A stretch of DNA of 41,816 nt. It comes from Candidatus Woesearchaeota archaeon. Its GTDB lineage: Archaea > Nanobdellota > Nanobdellia > CAZCWL01 > CAZQAZ01. A model generated the notes under the pieces. The model ran no database searches. It saw only the letters and a program-made list of their open reading frames with translations, and was not told the DNA's origin. Both the position numbers and the translations under genes were made by a program. Each line of letters starts with the position of its first letter. Position 1 is the first letter of the stretch. The DNA is taken from assembly GCA_964591855.1 (NCBI GenBank), contig CAZQAZ010000004.1:1-41816 (forward strand), written 5' to 3'. Positions 24,909 through 33,898 of the stretch are shown here, piece after piece.

Positions 24909-25186
24909 CTATTTTTCACCTTCACTCTTCTTTTCAACCTTTCCCAAGGGTTCCCTACCAGCCTGTCACCCTTGATCATGATCTTTTTTCCGCCGACCTT
25001 AAATACAAAGGTCGAATCCTTTTTTATTATTTTCCTTTCTTTTCCATTACTTCTTATTGTGAATGTGTTTTTTGTTTCGTCTACTATTCTTCCCTTCTTT
25101 CCTACCAAACTTCTGTTCTTGCTCTCTACTATCTCCACTTCCAAACCAATCAACTCATGGTTTGGAAGGTTATTTTTTGATATCAT
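24893..25186 (-). CDS. rnp1: RNase P protein component 1 (Rpp29/Pop4)
   Basis: [35 protein letters not shown], the Sm-like Rpp29 core. It holds the conserved position between SUI1 and S17. Confidence 0.88.
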   Translation of the reverse strand: MISKNNLPNHELIGLEVEIVESKNRSLVGKKGRIVDETKNTFTIRSNGKERKIIKKDSTFVFKVGGKKIMIKGDRLVGNPWERLKRRVKVKNRWEKL

Positions 25187-25494
25187 GACAATGAAATTGA
25201 TGATTCCTTGAACCCTTTTTCTATTAAAGCTTGTTTTGCTTTTTCTCTTTGGTCACCTTGCAATTCTATTACTCCATCTCTATATGTTCCACCACATGCC
25301 AATTTTGTTTTAAGGAACTTCGTGAGTTCCTTTATGTCTATGTTCTTAGGGTCTATCCCTGAAATTATTGTCATTGCTTTACCGTATCTTCTTGTTACCT
25401 TTTTTATTGTTATTTTCTGCTGCTCTTTAGATATGGTCTCACAAACACATAGTTCTTTTGGTAAACCACAAACGGGACAGACTTCTGCCATCAT
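25183..25494 (-). CDS. sui1: Translation initiation factor SUI1 (aIF1)
   Basis: N-terminal CPVCGLPKELCVC knuckle plus the SUI1 domain (RRYGKAMTIISGI...LACGGTYRDGVIELQGD). Confidence 0.92.
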   Translation of the reverse strand: MMAEVCPVCGLPKELCVCETISKEQQKITIKKVTRRYGKAMTIISGIDPKNIDIKELTKFLKTKLACGGTYRDGVIELQGDQREKAKQALIEKGFKESSISLS

Positions 25495-25703
25495 TCACCT
25501 CTCTTTCTCTTTTTCTCTCCTATTACAAATTTTATTCTTGCAATAGTTCTCTTTAACTCCTTTATTCGTCCTGGGTTTTCTGGAACCATGCCCATTGTCT
25601 TTTGAGTTTGTGATCGTAATAATTCCTTTCTTAACTCTTCCTCTTTCTTCAAAAGATCCTTTAAACTCATTTCTCTTAACTCCTTAACTCTGAGTATCGC
25701 CAT
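25491..25703 (-). CDS. rpl29: Ribosomal protein uL29
   Basis: 70-aa helical protein starting MAILRVKELREMS, and operon position. Confidence 0.9.
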   Translation of the reverse strand: MAILRVKELREMSLKDLLKKEEELRKELLRSQTQKTMGMVPENPGRIKELKRTIARIKFVIGEKKRKRGE

Positions 25704-26442
25704 CTTTACCTACCTCTTCTTCCTTTTCTTCCTCCTTATCTTCCACTTTCTCTTCTTCACTCTTCTCCTCTTTCATATCCTCATAATCTCCTCCTTTTTG
25801 TAAGTCTTCCATCATCTCTTCCATTTCTTCTGATGTCTCTTCTTGATCATCATAGAATATAACATCGTCCGGCATTCTCACATCCGGCTTAAGAATAGAC
25901 ACTGTAATCCCTATCACTCCTGGCTTAGGTTTTGCAATTTCAAATCCAACTGCAACATCTTCAACAGCAACATTACCACACTTAGGAAGGTATCCTTTCC
26001 TGAACCTCCAACATGTAGCTCTTTTACCAGGAGCCTTACCATCTATTTTAATCTCCACACCTCTCGCTCCAGCATCCATAATTTGTTGTAAAGCCCTAAA
26101 AGCTATTGGCTTAAATCTTCCCGGACCAAACCTTTCTATCTGTAATGCTATACTCTCAGCCATGATTTGTGGGTCCAAGAAAGGCTCTTTAACTTCGTGC
26201 ACTTCTATCTGCGGGTTCTCAAGATCAAATTTTTCTTTAAGGCTCTTTGCTAGAGCCGAAAGGTTTGATCCCCTTCTTCCAACTATCAATCCTGGCTTAG
26301 ATGTGAATATGATAACTCTCATACCTAAAGGTGTCTTATCCAGCTCTATCTTAGAGAACCCTAACTTTGGGAGTCTCTCTCTAAGATACTCCTTAACTAC
26401 ATGCTCCTTCATCTTTTGTGCTATAAATTTTCTCTCAAGCAT
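25684..26442 (-). CDS. rps3: Ribosomal protein uS3 with an acidic C-terminal tail
   Basis: KH domain (GLIVGRRGSNLSAL) followed by a ~55-aa D/E-rich tail. The ATG at 26442 follows GGGTGA, and the track start is GTG. Confidence 0.92.
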   Translation of the reverse strand: MLERKFIAQKMKEHVVKEYLRERLPKLGFSKIELDKTPLGMRVIIFTSKPGLIVGRRGSNLSALAKSLKEKFDLENPQIEVHEVKEPFLDPQIMAESIALQIERFGPGRFKPIAFRALQQIMDAGARGVEIKIDGKAPGKRATCWRFRKGYLPKCGNVAVEDVAVGFEIAKPKPGVIGITVSILKPDVRMPDDVIFYDDQEETSEEMEEMMEDLQKGGDYEDMKEEKSEEEKVEDKEEEKEEEVGKDGDTQS

Positions 26443-26914
26443 TCTTCTTCTCACCCTTAATTAATCCTATTTTTATATGTGTCCATCTTCCCCTTCTTGA
26501 CACATCTGAAACAGCCTTGTTTGCAATAGCCTCTTTGATTATTAATCCTTCCTCACCAATGCCTAAGTACTTTGCATTTGCCTTCGCTGATTTTAACACT
26601 TCTATGATGTACTTACTTGCCTTGTAAGGGAACTTACCCTTTTCCATCCTCCCTTTTCTGTGAGGATTGTCTCTATTGTATCTTGGAAATGGAATAGCTT
26701 TCTTTTTCTTCATCACATCTTCAAGATACTTTATTGCCCAATCAACATCCTTGTATCTTATGAAGTTAAGTATGTTAATGGAGTGTTTTGGAGATATTGG
26801 GAGGTAGAGAGCTCTTGCTACTGCCATTTTCTTTTCACTTTTCTTCTCCACACTTTTCTTTTGTTCCTTAACTTCCATTTTCTTATCTTCTTTCTTATCT
26901 GCCATGCTCATCAC
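26435..26914 (-). CDS. rpl22: Ribosomal protein uL22
   Basis: The L22 core ([21 protein letters not shown]...) follows a K/E-rich N-terminal extension. Operon position fits. Confidence 0.9.
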   Translation of the reverse strand: MMSMADKKEDKKMEVKEQKKSVEKKSEKKMAVARALYLPISPKHSINILNFIRYKDVDWAIKYLEDVMKKKKAIPFPRYNRDNPHRKGRMEKGKFPYKASKYIIEVLKSAKANAKYLGIGEEGLIIKEAIANKAVSDVSRRGRWTHIKIGLIKGEKKNA

Positions 26915-27300
26915 TTCTTAGCAAAGGCTGAACTTCTTGTAGCACCAACACCTGGATCTGAGTGCTGCACTCTCTTTCTGGTATCAGCGAACTCACCGAG
27001 CCTATGTCCTAACATTTTCTCGGTGATCTTAACCTTAACAAACTCCTTACCATTGTGTACACCTATAACCAAACCAACCATCTGTGGAACTATAACCATG
27101 TCCCTTAAGTGAGTTTTTATTTCCTTCCCTTTGGCTAATTTCTTTGGTATGCTTTCAAGGAACTTCTTGTGTCTCTCATCTAATCTTAATAAACTCCTTC
27201 TTTCCCTAGATGGAACTAACTCAGCAAATTCCTTTAAACTCATATTCTTCAATTCTTCAAGTGTTTTGCCTCTGTATGTGAACTTTGCGATGGGTATCAC
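26911..27300 (-). CDS. rps19: Ribosomal protein uS19
   Basis: [34 protein letters not shown] signature. Confidence 0.94.
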   Translation of the reverse strand: MIPIAKFTYRGKTLEELKNMSLKEFAELVPSRERRSLLRLDERHKKFLESIPKKLAKGKEIKTHLRDMVIVPQMVGLVIGVHNGKEFVKVKITEKMLGHRLGEFADTRKRVQHSDPGVGATRSSAFAKK

Positions 27301-28010
27301 CTTTTCTTCCTACCTGTTCTCTTAGCAGCTATGGATCCAATCTTTCTACCTGGAGGAGCATTTCTTGAAACGGTCTTAGGCTTCTTAGCCCTCTTTCCTC
27401 CAAATTTGTGATCAACAGCATTCATAGCATTAGCAGATACTCTTGGATAAAGCTTTCCTCTAGCCTTCATTGCTTTAAACTTATTACCTGCTTTAACAAA
27501 CGGCTTTTCATGTCTTCCACTTCCAGCTATGGTTCCTACCATAGCTCTACACAAACCACTCAACCTCTTAAATTGCTTACTTGGCAACTGAATTATCACT
27601 TCATCACCTTCGTGAAGGACGACTCTTGCAGCTGTTCCAGCTGATCTTATTAACTTTCCACCATCACTTGGTCTAAGTTCTATGTTTGATATTATTGTTC
27701 CATCAGGTATCTTTGCAAGTGGAAGGATATTTCCTGGCTTAACCTCTGCCTTTGCTCCTATTTGTATCTCCTGCCCAACGGACACTCCAAGAGGTGCAGG
27801 AAGCAATATCCTCTTGTCCTTGTATTTTAATACCATAAGTGGTGCTGTTCTTCCAGGATCATGAATTATGTCTTCGACCTTAGCGGAGTAATAACCTTTC
27901 TTCTCTTCATCTGTGTAAGGTAAATATGAAGAGTCTCCCTTGTACCTAAATCCCAATGCCGTCCATTTTGTACCGGCTCCTCTTCTTCTCACAATTGGTC
28001 TCTTACCCAT
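27297..28010 (-). CDS. rpl2: Ribosomal protein uL2
   Basis: [19 protein letters not shown]...[10 protein letters not shown] signature. Confidence 0.95.
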   Translation of the reverse strand: MGKRPIVRRRGAGTKWTALGFRYKGDSSYLPYTDEEKKGYYSAKVEDIIHDPGRTAPLMVLKYKDKRILLPAPLGVSVGQEIQIGAKAEVKPGNILPLAKIPDGTIISNIELRPSDGGKLIRSAGTAARVVLHEGDEVIIQLPSKQFKRLSGLCRAMVGTIAGSGRHEKPFVKAGNKFKAMKARGKLYPRVSANAMNAVDHKFGGKRAKKPKTVSRNAPPGRKIGSIAAKRTGRKKR

Positions 28011-28019
28011 GGAATCACC

Positions 28020-28271
28020 TTATATTATTCCTAATCTCGACGCAACATCAACAGCAGGTGTATCTCTTGAGAGTTTCACCATTGCTTTCTTTCTCCCCTT
28101 TGTGTCTACCATGACTCTAACCTTCTCAACTTTCACCTTAAACTCTTCCTCAATCTCCCTTTTTATATCTGCTTTGGTTGCTTTTCTATCGACTATGAAA
28201 GTCAGCACATTGTCTGACTCTATCAACCTAACAGCTTTCTCTGTTGCTATTGGATGTTTTATGTACCTCAT
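28020..28271 (-). CDS. rpl23: Ribosomal protein uL23
   Basis: IKHPIATEKAVRLIESDNVLTFIVDRKATKADIK signature. Confidence 0.93.
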   Translation of the reverse strand: MRYIKHPIATEKAVRLIESDNVLTFIVDRKATKADIKREIEEEFKVKVEKVRVMVDTKGRKKAMVKLSRDTPAVDVASRLGII

Positions 28272-29026
28272 ATAAACAATCCCTCTTTCAATTTCTCTAT
28301 AGCACTTTGTGTCCAGATTGTCGTTCTACCAGGGTTCCCACCAGGTGCTAAGACTTTAACATTCAATTTTTTAACATTAACTACATCCACACCTGCTAAG
28401 TTCTTAGCAGCTTTTAACAACTTTGAATTGGGCTTACCAACAACAAACAACACTGATTTCCTCTTTTTATATTTTCTTCCCCTCATTTTACCTCTTCCTG
28501 CTCTAACCTTTTTCTCCTTAGCTCTCTCTATGAGGTCCATCAAGTTTAACTTCTTAAGCATCATCTCAACATCCTTTGTCTTCTCCAAGTCCTCTGCCTT
28601 ATCTTCCACGAATATGGACTTGGCAGCAGCTATGGCGCTTCTTATTGCCTTTCTATTTTCTTTCTTGTTTATTCTCTCAACTATAACTTTCTCTACCTTT
28701 GGTGGATGTGCTGTCCTACCACCTCTTGCAAATGGAACAAAGGCACCAACCCATCCAAAACGGGAACCAATCCTCCACAATACCTTCCTAGGTGTTCTTG
28801 ACTGACCATAACCATAAGTTGTTCTATAAACTCTCCTTCTTTTTCTTAGCTCGACAACTTTCCTCTTACCAGCGAGAGGATCTACACCTTGTGGCTGGAA
28901 TTCCGTTGACTTCTTAGCAAGGAAGGCTCTTCTTATCAAGTCTTTCCTTATAGGTTCAGAGAAGTGAATAGGTAAATCTATTTCTCCCTTACTTTTTCCA
29001 TCTATTGAATAAATTTTTGCTTTCAT
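28268..29026 (-). CDS. rpl4: Ribosomal protein uL4
   Basis: 252 aa with the L4/L1e pattern, and operon position. Confidence 0.92.
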   Translation of the reverse strand: MKAKIYSIDGKSKGEIDLPIHFSEPIRKDLIRRAFLAKKSTEFQPQGVDPLAGKRKVVELRKRRRVYRTTYGYGQSRTPRKVLWRIGSRFGWVGAFVPFARGGRTAHPPKVEKVIVERINKKENRKAIRSAIAAAKSIFVEDKAEDLEKTKDVEMMLKKLNLMDLIERAKEKKVRAGRGKMRGRKYKKRKSVLFVVGKPNSKLLKAAKNLAGVDVVNVKKLNVKVLAPGGNPGRTTIWTQSAIEKLKEGLFI

Positions 29027-30018
29027 TGTTGTGATCCCCTATGTATGTATTTTATGTCTGGAACTTGATTTGGAATCTTTGGATTAGGCCTTATAGCATG
29101 CCTTATCCTAACAAATCTCTTCTTAGGACCAGGAATCGATCCCTTAACAACTATATAATCACCATGAAGAACACCATAATTAACAAATCCTCCATCAGGA
29201 GTTATGTCATCTGAACCAACCATTAAAACCCATTTGTTGTAATCACATCTTGAGTGGAAACCCATTTGTCCAAACTGTGGCACAGTGTGCATAACTTTTG
29301 CTTGACCTTCTGGACCAAGAGTAGCAACTCTTCTCCTTGGTCTATCCGACTTCTTACTCTCTAATTTAACACCAAATCTTTTTATTGAACCTTGTGTTCC
29401 TTTTCCTTTTGTGACAGCAAGAATATCAATTTGCTCACCAGGCTTTATCACATCTTGAACTTTTATTTCCTTCTTCTTGACTAATTCCTTAGCATACTCC
29501 AAAGCCTTTTCTTTGTCCCCACCTATGGCTATCTCAAAAACCTCTGGCTTTTTCTTGAGATTGATTAAATGTGGTTGAGTATAAACTAAGAGGCGAATAT
29601 CAGAAACGTCGTCCATGTTTATACTCTCTAACTCTTTGTTGAAGTCTTTTTGCTTCTTTGGTAGATTTAAAGTTCTGGATACATATTTTGATATGTCCTG
29701 GACGAGAACGTCCTTAAGAACCTTTTTACCATATGGAGTCTTTGTTATGAATCTTAAGCCAAGAACACGCAAAGGAGGAGTTTCGATGACTGTGACGGGT
29801 ATAGTTACTTCTTGATTGTAAGTTGGTGATGTTTTCTTGGTGTCTATGTATGTTATGTGTGTCATTCCTGCCTTGTAACCGCCAAAACCTAAGAGCTTAG
29901 TCTCGTCTGTGTTTGGCCAAGACTTAACTCTAGGAAAAATTCTTCTGGCCCTAACTCTGGGCCAATACTGCATACTACCTCTTCTTGGCCTTTTGGCCTT
30001 TCCTTTTCTATGTCCCAT
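29023..30018 (-). CDS. rpl3: Ribosomal protein uL3
   Basis: MGHRKGKAKRPRRGSMQYWPR...GYKAGMTH signature. It is the first gene of the cluster, and GGGTGGT RBS lies at 30028-30034. Confidence 0.95.
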   Translation of the reverse strand: MGHRKGKAKRPRRGSMQYWPRVRARRIFPRVKSWPNTDETKLLGFGGYKAGMTHITYIDTKKTSPTYNQEVTIPVTVIETPPLRVLGLRFITKTPYGKKVLKDVLVQDISKYVSRTLNLPKKQKDFNKELESINMDDVSDIRLLVYTQPHLINLKKKPEVFEIAIGGDKEKALEYAKELVKKKEIKVQDVIKPGEQIDILAVTKGKGTQGSIKRFGVKLESKKSDRPRRRVATLGPEGQAKVMHTVPQFGQMGFHSRCDYNKWVLMVGSDDITPDGGFVNYGVLHGDYIVVKGSIPGPKKRFVRIRHAIRPNPKIPNQVPDIKYIHRGSQQ

Positions 30019-30073
30019 TCTGCTTTAACCACCCTTTAGGCTAATTTTAAGTATATTGATTAGAAAAAAAGCC

Positions 30074-30083
30074 ATTTATAAAT
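30074..30083 (-). promoter_or_regulatory. TATA box (ATTTATAAAT) of the ribosomal-protein superoperon
   Basis: It lies about 56 nt upstream of the rpl3 ATG, and an SD sits in the predicted ~30-nt leader. Confidence 0.4.
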
Positions 30084-30090
30084 GTTGTGC

Positions 30091-31569
30091 CTACCCTTTA
30101 ATAACACCCATAGGTACAAGCCTTGCTACCTTTCTACCAATACCAATCTCGTGGGAAACTCTAGCAACTTCATCTATGTCTTTATAGGCTCCAGGTGCTT
30201 CCTCTATAGCTCCTCTTCTTGAGGCAGATTTCAATATTATTCCTCTCCTGCTAAGCTCTTTCTCTATGGCTTGCATTGTGTAAGTTCTTAGAGCAGCATG
30301 TCTACTCATAACTCTACCAGCACCATGTGCTGTGGAACCAAAAGTAAGGTCCTCTGCCTTCTTACTGCCTACTAATAAATAAGAAGCTGTTCCCATGCTA
30401 CCTGGGATTATGACAGGTTGGCCTGTTGATTGATAGATCTTTGGTAGTTCTTTATGTCCTGGTCCAAATGCTCTTGTAGCACCTTTTCTATGAACATAAA
30501 GCTTCTTATTAACTCCATTTATTTCATGTTCTTCAAACTTAGCCAAGTTGTGCGCTACATCATAAACTAAATTCAATCCAAGACTTTCTGCACTTTCATT
30601 AAATACCTTTTCAAAAGATTCTCTAACCCAATGTGTTATCATTTGTCTGTTAGTCCAAGCAAAGTTAGCAGACGCCTTCATAGCTTTTAAATAGTCTTCG
30701 AATTCTTTTGAGCTGGAAGGAGCAAAAACAAGCTGGGGGTCTGGTAACTTTTTAATTAAGTCTTTATGTTTTTCCATTATTATCTTTATGTAGTCTCCAC
30801 ACACTTGATGTCCAAGTCCTCTGGATCCTGTGTGTATCATAACAGTAACCTGTCCCTCTTCCTCAATTCCAAACTTCTTAGCGGTTTCTTCGTCATAGAT
30901 TTTATCTACTTTCTGTACTTCAAGGAAGTGATTTCCAGATCCTAAACTTCCAAGTTGTGGCATTCCTCTCTTCTTAGCTCTATCTGATACTTTAGTACTA
31001 TCTGCACCTTCGTACTTACCATACTCTTCTATCCTCTCTATGTCTTCATCCCAACCATAACCATTCCTTAAGGCCCAGTTAACTCCTTCCTCTAGAACCT
31101 CATCAAGTTGACTACGAGTAACTCTGACTTTTCCCTTAGATCCTAAACCACTAGGAATATTTTTGAATAGAATCTCCACAAGGTTGTTAAGTTTCCCTTT
31201 AAGATCTTCGTATCTCAAGTTTGTCCTTAGAAGTCTAACTCCACAATTGATATCAAAACCTACCCCACCGGGAGAAACTCCTCCTTCTTCAGCGTCAAAA
31301 GCTGCTACTCCCCCTATTGGAAAACCATATCCCTCATGCCCATCTGGCATGACTATAGCATGCTTTTGTATTCCAGGAAGTGTAGTAACATTAGCTATCT
31401 GTACAAGAGTCTTATCTTGCTTCATCTTCTCAAGAAGTTTGTCTGAAGCTACGACTAAAGCTGGGACTCTCATAGGTCCTTCTTTTGGTATCTTCCATAA
31501 GAAGTCGCTTATCTTTTCCATATAAATTAGAGAAGCGTCTAAGTATTTAAGTTTGTCTAACTCACTCAT
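30091..31569 (-). CDS. rtcB: RNA-splicing ligase RtcB (3'-phosphate/5'-OH ligase)
   Basis: 492 aa with the metal and GMP-His motifs MPDGHEGYGFPIGG, GFDINCG, GSGNHF, HTGSRGLGHQV and STAHGAGR. Confidence 0.95.
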   Translation of the reverse strand: MSELDKLKYLDASLIYMEKISDFLWKIPKEGPMRVPALVVASDKLLEKMKQDKTLVQIANVTTLPGIQKHAIVMPDGHEGYGFPIGGVAAFDAEEGGVSPGGVGFDINCGVRLLRTNLRYEDLKGKLNNLVEILFKNIPSGLGSKGKVRVTRSQLDEVLEEGVNWALRNGYGWDEDIERIEEYGKYEGADSTKVSDRAKKRGMPQLGSLGSGNHFLEVQKVDKIYDEETAKKFGIEEEGQVTVMIHTGSRGLGHQVCGDYIKIIMEKHKDLIKKLPDPQLVFAPSSSKEFEDYLKAMKASANFAWTNRQMITHWVRESFEKVFNESAESLGLNLVYDVAHNLAKFEEHEINGVNKKLYVHRKGATRAFGPGHKELPKIYQSTGQPVIIPGSMGTASYLLVGSKKAEDLTFGSTAHGAGRVMSRHAALRTYTMQAIEKELSRRGIILKSASRRGAIEEAPGAYKDIDEVARVSHEIGIGRKVARLVPMGVIKG

Positions 31570-32413
31570 TGAGTATTAACTTCACGCCCTCTTCCAACTC
31601 TGATTTTCTTTTCCTGAGTTCCCAGAGATAGCTAGAACTCATCTTTCTTATAACCTTTTTATTCTTTTTTACATTTCTTGTGTCCAACATGTCTGGAGTA
31701 AGAACATTTCCCTCCCCAATAATAGACTTTGGTGTATAAAGAGATAGAAGGTTCTCCACACTTTCTATTTTCTCCCCAAATCTAAGGTGAGAGTACATTA
31801 CTGGCAATAGAAGCAATTCCATCCACAAAATTTCTTTTATTTCTCCTTTTCTCTCGCCACTTGCAGATTCCAACTCATCTATAAGTGAATTCATAGTCTT
31901 TACTTCGTCCTTCAGTTTCTTTCTCCACATGATCTTTTGTACCATTGGATCCACGTTCCTATCCTCAGCGTATTTAACAAAGAATATAGACCTGTAGAAA
32001 TCCCTTAATGGATTTTTCCTTACGAGCTTCTTAAACTGTCCAAACTCTTCGGACAAGGCACAGCTTACACATGCAAGGTAATTGGAAATGAAATCTTCTA
32101 TCTGCATACTGTTTAAGACGTATTCCAACTTGGAGAAGACAAAAGCCGTGTACAACACTCCCTCCACAACATTAGTCGATGTGGAGCCTTGAAATGGTGT
32201 ATCTGACATGTCTTCCAATTCGCCAAGAGGGGAAACAATCTCAAAATTCTTACCATCAAGTTCCGGATATAACCTATTCGCATCTATCAAAGCAATATCC
32301 CAATAAGAAGGAATGTGTGGAAGGTTTGGCTTCATACCCACAAGTAAATCCCTCATACTCTCTGCCGTATGCAGTATCTCTGGTCCACCCACTGCAGTAA
32401 GCTCAAATCTCAT
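31562..32413 (-). CDS. Hypothetical protein with no recognisable domain, encoded between archease and rtcB
   Basis: 283-aa ATG ORF. Its stop region overlaps the rtcB start by 8 nt, and it lies 33 nt downstream of the archease stop on the same strand. Confidence 0.6.
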   Translation of the reverse strand: MRFELTAVGGPEILHTAESMRDLLVGMKPNLPHIPSYWDIALIDANRLYPELDGKNFEIVSPLGELEDMSDTPFQGSTSTNVVEGVLYTAFVFSKLEYVLNSMQIEDFISNYLACVSCALSEEFGQFKKLVRKNPLRDFYRSIFFVKYAEDRNVDPMVQKIMWRKKLKDEVKTMNSLIDELESASGERKGEIKEILWMELLLLPVMYSHLRFGEKIESVENLLSLYTPKSIIGEGNVLTPDMLDTRNVKKNKKVIRKMSSSYLWELRKRKSELEEGVKLILNE

Positions 32414-32446
32414 AGTGCTGTCACAAGTCTATAATTTTATAAACTT

Positions 32447-32851
32447 TTAGATGTCAACAAGGACTTTGACTATAAAATTATTATCTCCTTTCTTTATTAC
32501 AAGATCGTGATATGTGACTGCTTTTACTTCTATATCTGATGTGTGCTTCGAGGGGTCAAAACTTTCCCCAAAGCATGTTGCATGAAGCTTATTCTTCTCA
32601 ATCTTCACTTTAAATTTTGAGAAGAACAAGTTTTCTGTATCTTTGTAGAAGAGAAGTTTGTCAAGGAAGTTGTAAAGAAGCTCTTTTTCGTCTTTGCCTT
32701 GGACTTCAAACTCTACTTTAACTTTTGGTTCTATGCCTTGAACCATCATGTTTTCCATTCCTAAAGCTACGTTCTCAAATGCTTCCTCTAATGTAGAGCC
32801 ATAAGCTTCAATGTACTGATCTGCTGTGTGGGGAAGGTATTTGTACTTCAT
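32447..32851 (-). CDS. Archease (RtcB activator)
   Basis: MKYKYLPHTADQYIEAYGSTLEEAFEN...VKAVTYHDL signature. The ATG at 32851 has a TATA box 22 nt upstream, and the track start at 32860 is TTG. Confidence 0.88.
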   Translation of the reverse strand: MKYKYLPHTADQYIEAYGSTLEEAFENVALGMENMMVQGIEPKVKVEFEVQGKDEKELLYNFLDKLLFYKDTENLFFSKFKVKIEKNKLHATCFGESFDPSKHTSDIEVKAVTYHDLVIKKGDNNFIVKVLVDI

Positions 32852-32898
32852 GCAAAACAATAAAAGATACTAGTATTTATAGCTTTTATACACACAAC

Positions 32899-32906
32899 TT
32901 TATAAA
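32899..32906 (+). promoter_or_regulatory. TATA box (TTTATAAA) for the methyltransferase gene
   Basis: It lies 22 nt upstream of the ATG at 32929. The divergent archease has its own box at 32874-32881. Confidence 0.4.
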
Positions 32907-32928
32907 GACTTCAGGCCAGAGATATTGT

Positions 32929-33423
32929 ATGGGATACTATGATGCAATAGTCGAATCTTACAATAAGTTATACGGATTTGAACAGGAAAAGAAATATGCG
33001 CAAGTATTAGACTCTATTAAGGAAGGGAGCATTGCACTTGACATAGGTTGTGGGACGGGTTTGTTTATGGAGAAGATAAAAGATAAGTTTAAGTTGGTGG
33101 TGGGTGTTGATAGTTCTCTTGGGATGCTAAAGAAAGCTTCAAAGTATGAGAATGTAGTGTATGTTAACTGTGATGCTACGAAGCTTCCATTTGTGGATAA
33201 AGTATTTGATACCGTTTTTTCATTTAGTGTGATGCAAGACGTTAAAGATAAGGAAAAGTTTTTGTCGGAGGCAAGTAGAGTTTGTAGGAGTAAGGCGTTT
33301 ATTTCTATTCTTAAGGTGAACAAGGATCTGCAGGAGTTGAAGACTCTATTTTCGAAGTATTTTGTTGTTGAGAAAGTTATAGAGGAAGAGAAGGACTTCA
33401 TTTTTGTTTTGAATCCAAAATAA
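32929..33423 (+). CDS. Small class I SAM-dependent methyltransferase
   Basis: 164 aa with motif I ALDIGCGTGLF, post-I VVGVDSS, and a Methyltransf_11-like core. The substrate is unknown. Confidence 0.7.
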   Translation: MGYYDAIVESYNKLYGFEQEKKYAQVLDSIKEGSIALDIGCGTGLFMEKIKDKFKLVVGVDSSLGMLKKASKYENVVYVNCDATKLPFVDKVFDTVFSFSVMQDVKDKEKFLSEASRVCRSKAFISILKVNKDLQELKTLFSKYFVVEKVIEEEKDFIFVLNPK

Positions 33424-33453
33424 AATAAAAAAGAAAAAGTCAAGAAAGCTTAT

Positions 33454-33600
33454 TTATTTCTTCTTTCTCTTTGTTGTTCTCTTTTTTCTTGTTGTCTTTT
33501 TCTTTGTTGTCTTCTTCTTAGTTGTTTTCTTTCTTCCTTTTGTTGTCTTCTTTCTTCCCTTCGTTGTTTTCTTTCTCTTTGTACCTCTCTTAGCTGGCAT
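33454..33600 (-). CDS. 48-aa extremely basic K/R/T-repeat microprotein
   Basis: Hand-translated MPAKRGTKRKKTTKGRKKTTKGRKKTTKKKTTKKKTTRKKRTTKRKKK. AGGGGGT RBS lies about 9 nt upstream of the ATG. It is below the ORF-track cutoff. Confidence 0.5.
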   Translation of the reverse strand: MPAKRGTKRKKTTKGRKKTTKGRKKTTKKKTTKKKTTRKKRTTKRKKK

Positions 33601-33798
33601 TTTCAAAACCCCCTAAATCATTTTGATAGAAGAGCATAGAACAAACAAACTTTTTTGTTTGAAAAATCTTTTTTTCATTCATTTCTCGTCTCACTTTTGT
33701 TTTCATTTTAACATTACTATTAAAAAACTTTTAGTATATAAAGTTAATTTTTTTGAAAAACTTGTTTGAGAAAGAAAAATGTTAGCAAAAGTTATTAG

Positions 33799-33883
33799 CG
33801 CTGGGGGTGGGATTCGAACCCACGCATCCCGTGAGGGAAACAGCCTCTCCAGGGCTGCGCCGTAACCGCTTGGCTACCCCAGC
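33799..33883 (-). tRNA. tRNA-Ser (anticodon GGA)
   Basis: The body is the same as the tRNA at 13770-13854. The anticodon stem-loop is CAGCC-CTGGAGA-GGCTG. Confidence 0.9.
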
Positions 33884-33898
33884 TTAATAAAAATTGTT

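Noticed and set aside
33454-33600. Short tandem repeats in purine-rich (minus-strand) DNA, considered as a possible CRISPR array or satellite
   Set aside because: The repeat units are 15-21 nt, degenerate and contiguous with no spacers. They maintain one open frame with an RBS and ATG, so they are better explained as a repeat-peptide coding sequence.
13770-33883. The two 85-bp tRNA-Ser direct repeats as att sites of an integrated element
   Set aside because: The intervening 20 kb is core translation machinery with no integrase, transposase or compositional break. The repeats are complete functional isoacceptor genes.
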